From NCBI GenBank assembly GCA_965201135.1, contig OZ241751.1, forward strand, positions 1,460,248 to 1,524,247: 64,000 nt of DNA. Reading direction: 5' to 3'. Position numbers and translations under genes: made by a program. Position 1 is the first letter of the stretch. Each line of letters starts with the position of its first letter. The stretch comes from Dehalococcoidia bacterium (lineage in GTDB: Bacteria; Chloroflexota; Dehalococcoidia; Lucifugimonadales; Australimonadaceae). Below, one piece after another: positions 50,832 to 58,427 of this stretch. The notes below the pieces were generated by a model. It did no database searches and was not told the DNA's origin. It worked only from the letters and a program-made list of their open reading frames with translations.

Positions 50832-53485
50832 CCGCCGCGTTCGATCCGACGCTGCCCTCCCCGTCCGCCCGCGCCGCCGTCGCCAAACTCCTGCTCCTTC
50901 TCCGCGCCGGCGACGGCGCGCTCACCGCCGACGGCTTGCTGTCTCCTCTGGAGGCCGCTCCGCTCCGCCAGCAGTTCTACAAGGACGTCGCGGAATGGAC
51001 GGGGCGGATGCAGGCGGGGAAGGACTTGCGGGAGCGGCAAACCGTCTTGCGGCACTTGGTGCGCGTGATGTTCGCGTGGATCCTCAAAGAGGAGAGCATC
51101 ATCCCGCAGGAACTGTTCGAGCGCGCCTTCGCCGAAGGCAACCTGCCCGACCTCGACCGCTACCACGAGGACACGCTGGGCTTCCTCTTCCATCGCCGCC
51201 TGAACGTCGAGCCGGACAAGCGCGAGCCTCATCCGATTCGCGCCCTAGACCAGGCGCTGGGGCAGGCGCCGTTCCTCAACGGGTCGCTCTTCGCCGAGCA
51301 CATAGACGACCACGCCCTCGACCTCTCCTCCGCCGCGTACTGGAGCGCGGACGAGCACGAGCCCGGCCTCTTCACGATCCTCTCCCGCTACCACTGGACG
51401 ATGGACGAGCACCGCCCCGGCGAAAGCGAGCAGACGCTCGACCCGGAGTTGCTCAGCAACCTCTTCGAGCGGCTCATCGCGCCCACCGAGAAGGGCGAAG
51501 CCCCCCTCCGCCAGCCGCAGGGAACCTACTACACGCCCGCCGACGTCGCCGACGAAATGGTGAAGGACGCGCTGGCCGCCGCCGTCAAGAACGCCGCGCC
51601 CCCGAATATGAGCGAGGCGCAATTGCTCGCCCTGTTCGACGGCGTCGACGCTCCGCCGCCGGAGTTGACGGACGCCCAGAGGGACGCGCTCGCCGACCGC
51701 GTCGCGGAACTGCGGATCTTCGACCCCGCCGTCGGCTCCGGCGAGTTCCTCTTCAGCGCGCTCCTCGCGCTCCAACGCGCCCTCCGCAACCTCGGGCGGG
51801 ACGCGGACGCATCCCCCGGGCGCGTTATCAAGGAGCAACTCCTCGGGCAGGACATTCACCCGCTCGCCGTCCAAATCGCCAGGCTCCGCCTCTTCATCGC
51901 CATAACCGCCGCCCGCGCGACGGACGAGCCTCTCCCCAACTTGGAGGCGCGCATCGTCTGCGCCGACACCCTCGAGACGGTCGCCAACCACGAGTGGCGC
52001 CCGGACCGGCCCCGGCGGCTCGACGCCGCCGACCCGGAACTGATCGCCGCGCTGACCGCCGTCGCCGAGAACCGCGCCCGCTGGTTCGACGCCTACACGG
52101 AGGACGAGAAGCAGCGCCTTCTGGGGCGCGACGCCGAACTCCGCAACGCTTTGCGATTCCTCCTCCAACGCAAGGGCGAAATCGCAAGCCCCGAACTCGA
52201 ACGGTTCGCGGAGTCCGAGATCTTCGCCGCCACGCCCGACCCGGCCCGCGCCGACGCCCGCCTCCTCTTCTACGAAAACCCCTGGCGCGGCTTCGACGTC
52301 GTCATCGGCAACCCGCCCTACGAGGCGTTGAGCAAGTCAATGACCCCCGAGCGGATCAAAACGCTCGGAGTCGAAACGCTCAAACCGGACGAGCAGTACA
52401 AAGCGTGGATCAAAACGCTCGAAGAGGACAAGCGCTACCAAACCACGAAGATCAAAGACCTGTACCCGCTCTTCTGCGAGGCCGCGCTCGCCCTAGCCAA
52501 CCCGGACGGAGGCGTCGTCACGCTCGTCACGCCGCTCTCCATCGCCTTCGGACAATCGGAAATCGCGATCAGGAAAGTCATAAAGGAGCGGTGCCGCGAG
52601 ATCAGCCTCCGGCACTACAACATCATACCCGACGCGATCTTCAACGGCGCGCCGACGCTCAAGGGTTGGAAGAACCGGCAGCGGGCGACCATCATTTGCG
52701 CCGTCTTAGGGGACGGCGAGACCGCGGTCACGTCAACCGGACTGCAGACGTGGCCAACGGCGGAGCGGGAAGGCGTTTTGGCCCAAAGGCCGGCGACGCG
52801 CCTCGTTCGGCTAGGCGAAAGCGTGGACAAGCGGGTCAGCAAGCAGTGGCTCCGAACGCCCACGGAAGAAGTCGCCCGCCTGTCGCTCGCCATCGCCGAG
52901 CAATCTCGAACCGTCGAAAGTTACCGGCTGAAACCCAACGGCGACGAACCTAAAAATCCCCAGCGGCTCGCTCTTCCCCAAACTGCGGCGTACTTCCTCG
53001 GCTGCATTCCCGAGGGAGCGGTCTCTCCCAGGAGAGAGAACGCCTTCAGCGTCGAGGACGGCGACGCGCTGCGCCTGCTGATGGCGGTTCTGAACGGACA
53101 CGTGGGCTACGCCTGGTGGTCCCAGGTCGGAGACGGATTTCACATCAAATCCGTCTCCGACCTGGGACAGCTCACCGTCCCTGACGCGTGGGTTGCGAAC
53201 CCGGAGCCCGCCGTCGCGCTGGGGGAGCGGCTGATCCAGGCTATGCCGGACTGCGTGACGGAGAAGAAGAACAGCGGCAAGGTCTGGCGGAACGTGAACT
53301 TCCACCTCAAGCCGGACTTGATCGAGGAGTTGGACAAACTCCACATCGCCGCGTTGGGGCTGGCGGAGGAGCCGTTGCTGACGCACCTGCGAATAATGCG
53401 CTCCAGCAGCAGTTGGGACTTCAGCCGCGCCTGGTCGCCGGATAGCGATGGCGGCGAGCCTGACGATGGCGGCGGCGAGGTTTAG
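50828..53485 (+). CDS. Eco57I/type IIG-like gamma-class N6-adenine DNA methyltransferase with a C-terminal target-recognition region
   Basis: 885 aa from ATG 50828. Reads ..APFLNGSLF.., SAM motif RIFDPAVGSGEFLF, catalytic VVIGNPPYEA, and a ~400-aa C-terminal TRD-like half. Confidence 0.85.
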   Translation: MTAAFDPTLPSPSARAAVAKLLLLLRAGDGALTADGLLSPLEAAPLRQQFYKDVAEWTGRMQAGKDLRERQTVLRHLVRVMFAWILKEESIIPQELFERAFAEGNLPDLDRYHEDTLGFLFHRRLNVEPDKREPHPIRALDQALGQAPFLNGSLFAEHIDDHALDLSSAAYWSADEHEPGLFTILSRYHWTMDEHRPGESEQTLDPELLSNLFERLIAPTEKGEAPLRQPQGTYYTPADVADEMVKDALAAAVKNAAPPNMSEAQLLALFDGVDAPPPELTDAQRDALADRVAELRIFDPAVGSGEFLFSALLALQRALRNLGRDADASPGRVIKEQLLGQDIHPLAVQIARLRLFIAITAARATDEPLPNLEARIVCADTLETVANHEWRPDRPRRLDAADPELIAALTAVAENRARWFDAYTEDEKQRLLGRDAELRNALRFLLQRKGEIASPELERFAESEIFAATPDPARADARLLFYENPWRGFDVVIGNPPYEALSKSMTPERIKTLGVETLKPDEQYKAWIKTLEEDKRYQTTKIKDLYPLFCEAALALANPDGGVVTLVTPLSIAFGQSEIAIRKVIKERCREISLRHYNIIPDAIFNGAPTLKGWKNRQRATIICAVLGDGETAVTSTGLQTWPTAEREGVLAQRPATRLVRLGESVDKRVSKQWLRTPTEEVARLSLAIAEQSRTVESYRLKPNGDEPKNPQRLALPQTAAYFLGCIPEGAVSPRRENAFSVEDGDALRLLMAVLNGHVGYAWWSQVGDGFHIKSVSDLGQLTVPDAWVANPEPAVALGERLIQAMPDCVTEKKNSGKVWRNVNFHLKPDLIEELDKLHIAALGLAEEPLLTHLRIMRSSSSWDFSRAWSPDSDGGEPDDGGGEV

Positions 53486-53555
53486 GGGCGGCGGCGAGGC
53501 TTAGGAGGTTCGCGGCGGCGGCAAGGGCCGCCGCTACCGCGTTTAGGGGCGGGGT

Positions 53556-53580
53556 TCCTGCCTACGCGGGAATGACGGTC
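53556..53580. repeat. family-A hairpin
   Basis: gttcctgcctacgcgggaatgacgg. Confidence 0.75.
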
Positions 53581-53668
53581 ACGGGGGCGGGAGCCGGAGG
53601 TGGGGCTGCGCCCGCCGCCCCCGCCCTCTCCCCTCACTCCAGCGAAAGCAAGCGTATACTCCGCCGCG

Positions 53669-54979
53669 CTACGCGTTCAGGGTGGCTTGCGCCTCCGCCC
53701 AGGGCTTCTCGCCCGCCCACGTGCTCAGCACGCGCTCAATCGTCGACACCAGTTCGGGCGGCTCTCCCTGCTGCAACGGCATATAGCGCGTCATCCACGA
53801 CACGTCCGAGAGCGCTTGCCACTTCTCCAGCGGCAGGTCTATCCGCTCGTTGACCGCCGGGTCGCGGACGACGCCCATCGGCTCGCCGCCGTCCTCCACG
53901 ATGCGCGCCTGCTCGCGCAGAACCTTGCGGTAGAGAATGACGCCGCGGTCGGACTCTCCCAACTTCTCCCGCTCGCGCTCCGCGTTCGGCCCCTGCGTGA
54001 TCCACGCGACGAAATCCTGATGGTTCACGAGATCGGGGATGAGGTCGCCCCGCTCGTCGTAGAGGTTCACGTTCCAGTACGGGACGCGCTCCTGCTTCGG
54101 CGGCTCCGAGCCCTCCGCGCCGCGATAGAAGAACCACGTGATGTGCATCGTATGCGTATCGTCCACCGGAACGCGGTACTGCAGGTTGCAGTTGACTACG
54201 CTGCCGACGAAGAGCACGTTGGGAAACAGCACGGGATGGCCGACCGCCCAGTCGTGGTCTTCCTCCGTCGTGCCCTCCACGACCCGGCGCTTGATCAGGC
54301 CGTAGTCGAACACGTCGAAGCCGATTTTTTGGTGCTTGCGCGGCACGGTGGGGAAGGTGTCCGCCTCCGCGAGCCCCATGCGGACGGCCTTGTCCTGCTG
54401 CTGGCGCACGCCCCAATAGCCGTGCAGCCACTCCAGGTGCACCGGGTCCATCGAGTTCTCCATGCACTGCAGCCAGTTGCACGGCAACTCGACGATGCCT
54501 ATGTCGCTCCAGCCGCCCTCCCACTCGAACGTTTCCCAATGGGGCAGCAGCGGCGCGGGCGCAGGGCCCAGGTACGCGAAGACCAAGCCGCCGTAGGACT
54601 GCACGGGATAGCCCGCGACCTTCACCTTCTCTTTGAACCGCCCGTCCGGATGGACCGTCTCCTCGAACGGCTGCTCGATGCACTGGCCCGTCTCGTCCAT
54701 CATCCAGCCGTGGTACATACAGCGCAGGCCGTTCTCCTCGGGGATGCCGTAGGAGAGGTCGACGCGGCGGTGGGGGCAGAAGCGCTCGATGAGGCCGAGC
54801 GTCCCCGACTTGTCCTTATAGAGGACGAGGTCTTCGCCGAGGATGCGGACGGCCTTCGTCGGATGGTCGTCGAGTTCGGCGGTCGCGGCGATGGGGTGCC
54901 AGTAGCGGCGGAAGAGTTCGCCCATCGGCGTCCCCGGCATCACGCTCGTGAGTTCCTTGTTCTCCTGCGCGGTCAGCAT
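53669..54979 (-). CDS. Rieske [2Fe-2S] aromatic-ring-hydroxylating oxygenase, alpha subunit
   Basis: 436 aa. Rieske motif CPHRRVDLSYG..LRCMYHGW and a mononuclear-iron region ..ENSMDPVHLEWLHG... Confidence 0.9.
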   Translation of the reverse strand: MLTAQENKELTSVMPGTPMGELFRRYWHPIAATAELDDHPTKAVRILGEDLVLYKDKSGTLGLIERFCPHRRVDLSYGIPEENGLRCMYHGWMMDETGQCIEQPFEETVHPDGRFKEKVKVAGYPVQSYGGLVFAYLGPAPAPLLPHWETFEWEGGWSDIGIVELPCNWLQCMENSMDPVHLEWLHGYWGVRQQQDKAVRMGLAEADTFPTVPRKHQKIGFDVFDYGLIKRRVVEGTTEEDHDWAVGHPVLFPNVLFVGSVVNCNLQYRVPVDDTHTMHITWFFYRGAEGSEPPKQERVPYWNVNLYDERGDLIPDLVNHQDFVAWITQGPNAEREREKLGESDRGVILYRKVLREQARIVEDGGEPMGVVRDPAVNERIDLPLEKWQALSDVSWMTRYMPLQQGEPPELVSTIERVLSTWAGEKPWAEAQATLNA

Positions 54980-55048
54980 CGCGCTCCTCCTTGCGACTCG
55001 CTCGCGGCTCGCTTGCGGACGAGCCGATTGTAGCGCCTGCGCGGCGCG

Positions 55049-56089
55049 TCAGGCGCGCTTGGCGGACGCGAACGCGTCGGCGAGGCGCTTCGCGGCGGCG
55101 CGGGGGTCGTCGGCGAGCGTCACGGCGGCGATAACGCATATGCCGTCCGCCCCGGCGCGGGCGACTTCCGGCGCGTTTTCCGGCGTGACGCCGCCTATCG
55201 CCAGCAGCGGAGGCCCGCCCTCCGGCAAGGCGCTCCGGACGGCGCGCAGCGTCTCCGGCCCGGCGGGGCGGGTGTCCGTCTTCGAGTTGGTGGGGAACAT
55301 TCGCCCGACGGCGACGTAGTCCGCGCCTTGCGCGGCGGAGGCGAGCGCCTCGTCCAGCAGCGCGTTGGACGTTCCGGCGATTTGCCAGGGGCGGAGGGCG
55401 GCGCGGGCGGCGGACAGGGGGAGGTCGCCTTGCCCCAGGTGAACGCCGTCCGCGTCCGCCGCCGCCGCGACGTCGGGGTGGTCGTTGACGATGAAGGCGG
55501 CGCCGGCGCCGGCGCAGAGGGCGCGGAAGTCGCGGGCGAGGGGAAGCCAGCGCCCTTTGGCGTCGTCTTTCACGCGCAGTTGGACGGCGGACGCGCCTCC
55601 GGCGACCGCCTGCTCCGCGACTTGGAGGGGGCTGCGCCCGCCCGTGAGCGCCGGGTCAACGATGACGTAGAGGCCGCGCAGGCGCTCCGCGGCGCGGCGT
55701 CGGGCGGCGGACGCGGCGGCAAGTTCGGCGCGCGCCATCGCGTCGGCGAGGTAGGCGAGATGGGGGCGGTCCGGCTCTTGCGGATTGAATGCCGCCGACG
55801 CATCGGCGAGGGCGCGGAGCGCGCCGATCAAGGCGGCGTAGCGCGCCTCCAGCCCGCCCGGCCACTCGAGGCGCGGGACTTCTTCGATGGCGCGGTCTAT
55901 CGCGGCGAGCGCGTCGGCGGCGAGGGCGTCCAGTCCGAGGCGCCGCGCCGCCTCCAGCCTTGCGAGGGCGCGGTCGCCGTCCGCCTCGCCGGAGCGCGCG
56001 GCCTCGAAGTCGCCACGGACGTAGCGTAGCGCGCTCATCAGCCATTCGCGGGTGAAGTGGGGCGCTTCGGTTGGGGTCGACATTCGCAT
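55049..56089 (-). CDS. thiE: thiamine-phosphate synthase with a ~150-aa N-terminal extension
   Basis: The C-terminal ~200 aa read LYVIVDP..VQLRVKD..FIVNDHPDVA..GVHLGQGD..GTSNA..ADYVAVG..FPT.SK..IGGV... Start ATG at 56089 or 56083. The track start at 56239 lies inside a hairpin mosaic. Confidence 0.8.
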   Translation of the reverse strand: MRMSTPTEAPHFTREWLMSALRYVRGDFEAARSGEADGDRALARLEAARRLGLDALAADALAAIDRAIEEVPRLEWPGGLEARYAALIGALRALADASAAFNPQEPDRPHLAYLADAMARAELAAASAARRRAAERLRGLYVIVDPALTGGRSPLQVAEQAVAGGASAVQLRVKDDAKGRWLPLARDFRALCAGAGAAFIVNDHPDVAAAADADGVHLGQGDLPLSAARAALRPWQIAGTSNALLDEALASAAQGADYVAVGRMFPTNSKTDTRPAGPETLRAVRSALPEGGPPLLAIGGVTPENAPEVARAGADGICVIAAVTLADDPRAAAKRLADAFASAKRA

Positions 56090-56106
56090 AACCTCTGGGC
56101 TTCCGT

Positions 56107-56203
56107 CCGCAGCACCCTCTCCCGTCGCGTTCGCGGCGTCCTCTTCCCTTCTAGGGAGAGGGGGATCCGGCGCTCGCGCGCTGGATTCCCGTCTGCGCGG
56201 GGG
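56107..56203. repeat. family C plus a degenerate family-A hairpin
   Basis: ccgcagcaccctctcccgtcgcgttcgcggcgtcctcttcccttctagggagagggggatccgg ... gattcccgtctgcgcggggg. Confidence 0.75.
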
Positions 56204-56221
56204 CCGGAATTTGGCGAAAAA

Positions 56222-56238
56222 GCGCTCATTCGCGCTCA
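56222..56238. promoter_or_regulatory. two inverted copies (GCGCTCA) of the TGAGCGC heptamer, 10 bp apart
   Basis: aGCGCTCAttcGCGCTCAttc. Confidence 0.5.
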
Positions 56239-56440
56239 TTCGCTTCCCTGCGGGGCGGGGCAGCGCCCTTGATTACGGTCCATCGTAGCAGGGCAGGCGC
56301 GTCCGCGCTACGGGCTCGTGTCATATAATTGGATAGGCGTTCGTTAGGAGAGCGCGGAGGCGAGATTTCCGCCTGCGCGGGAATGCCATTATGGGGCTCG
56401 GAGGTCAAGCGGCAAGGGGGGGAGGGCGGGGCAGGGGCAA

Positions 56441-56523
56441 TGAGCGCTCGTGAGCGCCAAATGAGCGCCGTTTGAGCGCTTTGTGAGCGCTGAATGAGCG
56501 CTTTTGAGCGCCGAATGAGCACG
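56441..56523. promoter_or_regulatory. array of eight direct TGAGCGC heptamers with 10-11 bp phasing (iteron-like)
   Basis: Heptamers start at 56441, 56451, 56462, 56473, 56484, 56495, 56506 and 56517 (the last is TGAGCAC). The 3-4 nt spacers all differ (tcg, caaa, cgtt, tttg, tgaa, tttt, cgaa). Confidence 0.6.
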
Positions 56524-56535
56524 GGTTGGGAGGTA

Positions 56536-56770
56536 GGTTCCCGCCTACGCGGGAATGACGAGGCGCCTGGGGTTAGGGGAGACGGGGCGCTACGCGCCCC
56601 GTCCGCAGCACCCTCTCCCGCCCCTTCGCGGCGTCCTCTCCCCTTATAGGAGACCTTTGCATAATTCCATATTCAGCCCGCAATTCCTCACGATGTTAGG
56701 AGTGAATTGAGGCGCCCCGGCTCTGTAGCGGGGGGTTATGCAAAGGACTCTATAGGGAGAGGGGGATGGC
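56536..56770. repeat. A-B-C mosaic whose family-C terminal hairpin is split by a 101-bp insertion
   Basis: ggttcccgcctacgcgggaatgac; gacggggcgctacgcgccccgtc; cgcagcaccctctcccgccccttcgcggcgtcctctccccttatag | insertion | tatagggagagggggatgg. Confidence 0.85.
56650..56750. mobile_element. 101-bp MITE-like element with 15-bp imperfect TIRs and a 5-bp target-site duplication
   Basis: TIRs are gagacctttgcataa (56650-56664) and ttatgcaaaggactc (56736-56750), a 14/15 match. They are flanked by tatag (56645-56649) and tatag (56751-56755). The interior is AT-rich relative to the host. Confidence 0.7.
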
Positions 56771-56796
56771 AGCGCTTGCGCGCCTCAATGGGGCGG

Positions 56797-57000
56797 GATT
56801 CCCGCCTACGCGGGAATGACGGAACGCTACGCGCCCCGTCCGCAGTACCCTCTCCCGCCGCTTCGCGGCGACCTCTCCCCTTATAGGAGACCTTTGCATA
56901 ATTCCATATTCAGCCCGCAATTCCTGAAAGGCCTCCTTAATGAGCGAATTGGGCGTCACGTCTCTGTATGGGGTTATGCAAGGGTTAGGAAGAGGCGGAT
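56797..57000. repeat. second A-B-C mosaic carrying a diverged copy of the same insertion (tandem segmental duplicate of 56536-56770)
   Basis: gattcccgcctacgcgggaatgac; gacggaacgctacgcgccccgtc; cgcagtaccctctcccgccgcttcgcggcgacctctccccttatag | insertion | degenerate right arm taggaagaggcggatc. Confidence 0.8.
56887..56982. mobile_element. diverged copy of the MITE-like element
   Basis: The first 39 nt are identical to 56650-56688 (gagacctttgcataattccatattcagcccgcaattcct). The right half is diverged but retains ctctgta..ggggttatgcaa. Confidence 0.6.
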
Positions 57001-57038
57001 CTGGCTGGGGGTTAGCCGTCCCCCCCGCCCTGCGTCCC

Positions 57039-58424
57039 CTATCCCCAAACCCCGCGCTTTCGCAGCCATCTGCGGGCGAAGGCGAACGCGGCCCAGGCGA
57101 GCGCCCACGCGAAGACGGAGCGCAGCCCCGCCTTGGACGCGGGCGGCTTGGGCGGCCTCGCGACGAGCATCATCGCCGCCGCCGCGAGAAAGAGCCCCGC
57201 GAACACCGTGAACGCGAGTTCGTAACTATCGCGCGCGTCACGAATCCATCCGGCGGCGAGCGGCCCCACCGGGTTGATGAAGGCGGTCATCAGCCCCATC
57301 TGCCCGCGTATCGCTCCCACCGAACTCCGCCCGAAGTAGTTCGGCACGACGAGCCGCTGGCAGAGCGTCCATCCCCCCTGCGCGACGCCGAACACGACGC
57401 CGAACGCCACCGCCCCGCCGAACGTGGACGCGTTGACGATGATGAGCATCGAGACGAAGTAGATCAGCGCGACGACGGCGATGACGTAGCGAACGTGAAC
57501 GCGGTCCATAACCCATCCCCAGGGAATGGTCGTCACGGCGGAGACCGACGCGAAGGTGAACACGACGAGCACGGAGTTTTCGAAGGCGACGCCTCGCGTT
57601 TGGAAGTGGGGCGCGGCGTGGAGATTCGTCGCCGTCTGCGCGAAGAACATCACCGACATCGTGAGGAGGATGAGCCAGAAGGCGAGCGTCCCCCGCGCCG
57701 CGCCGGAGGTCCAGGTCGACTCCTGGGGGGCGCTCGCCCTCGCGCCCCGGGCGCCGGGCGCCCCGGTCGGCGCGGGCGCGTCGCCGTCGGGAAGCAGGCC
57801 GTAGTCTTCGGGGCGTCGGCGCAGATAGACGAGCGCGGGCGCGGTGATGAGGAGCAGCGCGGAGACGGCGAGAAGCCCGTAGGCCCAGCGCCAACTGAAT
57901 AGAACGATGAGCGCCGCCGCCGCGAGCGGAACGGCCGCTTGTCCGGCGCGCAGGCCGAGCCCGGCGAGCGAGGTGGCGCGCCCGCGCTTGCGGATGAACC
58001 AGTTGGCGATGGCGACGGTGGTCCCGAGTTGCACGCCCGCGATGGCGAACGCCCGCCCCGTTCCGAAGAATATCCACATCTGCCACGGCGCCTGAATGAA
58101 CGCGAGGCCGAGCATGCAGCCGGCGAGGACCATCCCGGAGACCGCCATCAGCGTCCGCGCCCCGTAGCGGTCCATCGCCCTCCCGACGACCGCCGTGAGG
58201 ATGGAGCCCGCGAAACTGCCGATCGTGAACGACGCGGAGATTTCCCAGACTTTCCAGCCCGTCGCCTCGCGGATCGGCTCGACCCACACGCTGAGCACGG
58301 GGCCGTAGAAGACGGACGATGCGAAGGAGACGACGAGCGCGGTTCCGGCTATCGCCCAGCCGTAGTACGCGTCGAACGGCCAGAGCAAGCGCGCGGGCCG
58401 CCGGACGGGCGGATTGGCGGCCAC
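57039..58424 (-). CDS. MFS transporter
   Basis: 461 aa with 12 TM-like segments. Reads ..VVGRAMDRYGAR.. (motif A-like). Confidence 0.88.
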   Translation of the reverse strand: MAANPPVRRPARLLWPFDAYYGWAIAGTALVVSFASSVFYGPVLSVWVEPIREATGWKVWEISASFTIGSFAGSILTAVVGRAMDRYGARTLMAVSGMVLAGCMLGLAFIQAPWQMWIFFGTGRAFAIAGVQLGTTVAIANWFIRKRGRATSLAGLGLRAGQAAVPLAAAALIVLFSWRWAYGLLAVSALLLITAPALVYLRRRPEDYGLLPDGDAPAPTGAPGARGARASAPQESTWTSGAARGTLAFWLILLTMSVMFFAQTATNLHAAPHFQTRGVAFENSVLVVFTFASVSAVTTIPWGWVMDRVHVRYVIAVVALIYFVSMLIIVNASTFGGAVAFGVVFGVAQGGWTLCQRLVVPNYFGRSSVGAIRGQMGLMTAFINPVGPLAAGWIRDARDSYELAFTVFAGLFLAAAAMMLVARPPKPPASKAGLRSVFAWALAWAAFAFARRWLRKRGVWG

Positions 58425-58427
58425 GGG

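Noticed and set aside
56226-56522. 98-aa minus-strand ORF across the heptamer array.
   Set aside because: The 11-bp periodicity is out of phase with codons, the product is low complexity, and there is no Shine-Dalgarno sequence. The region is better explained as non-coding iterons.
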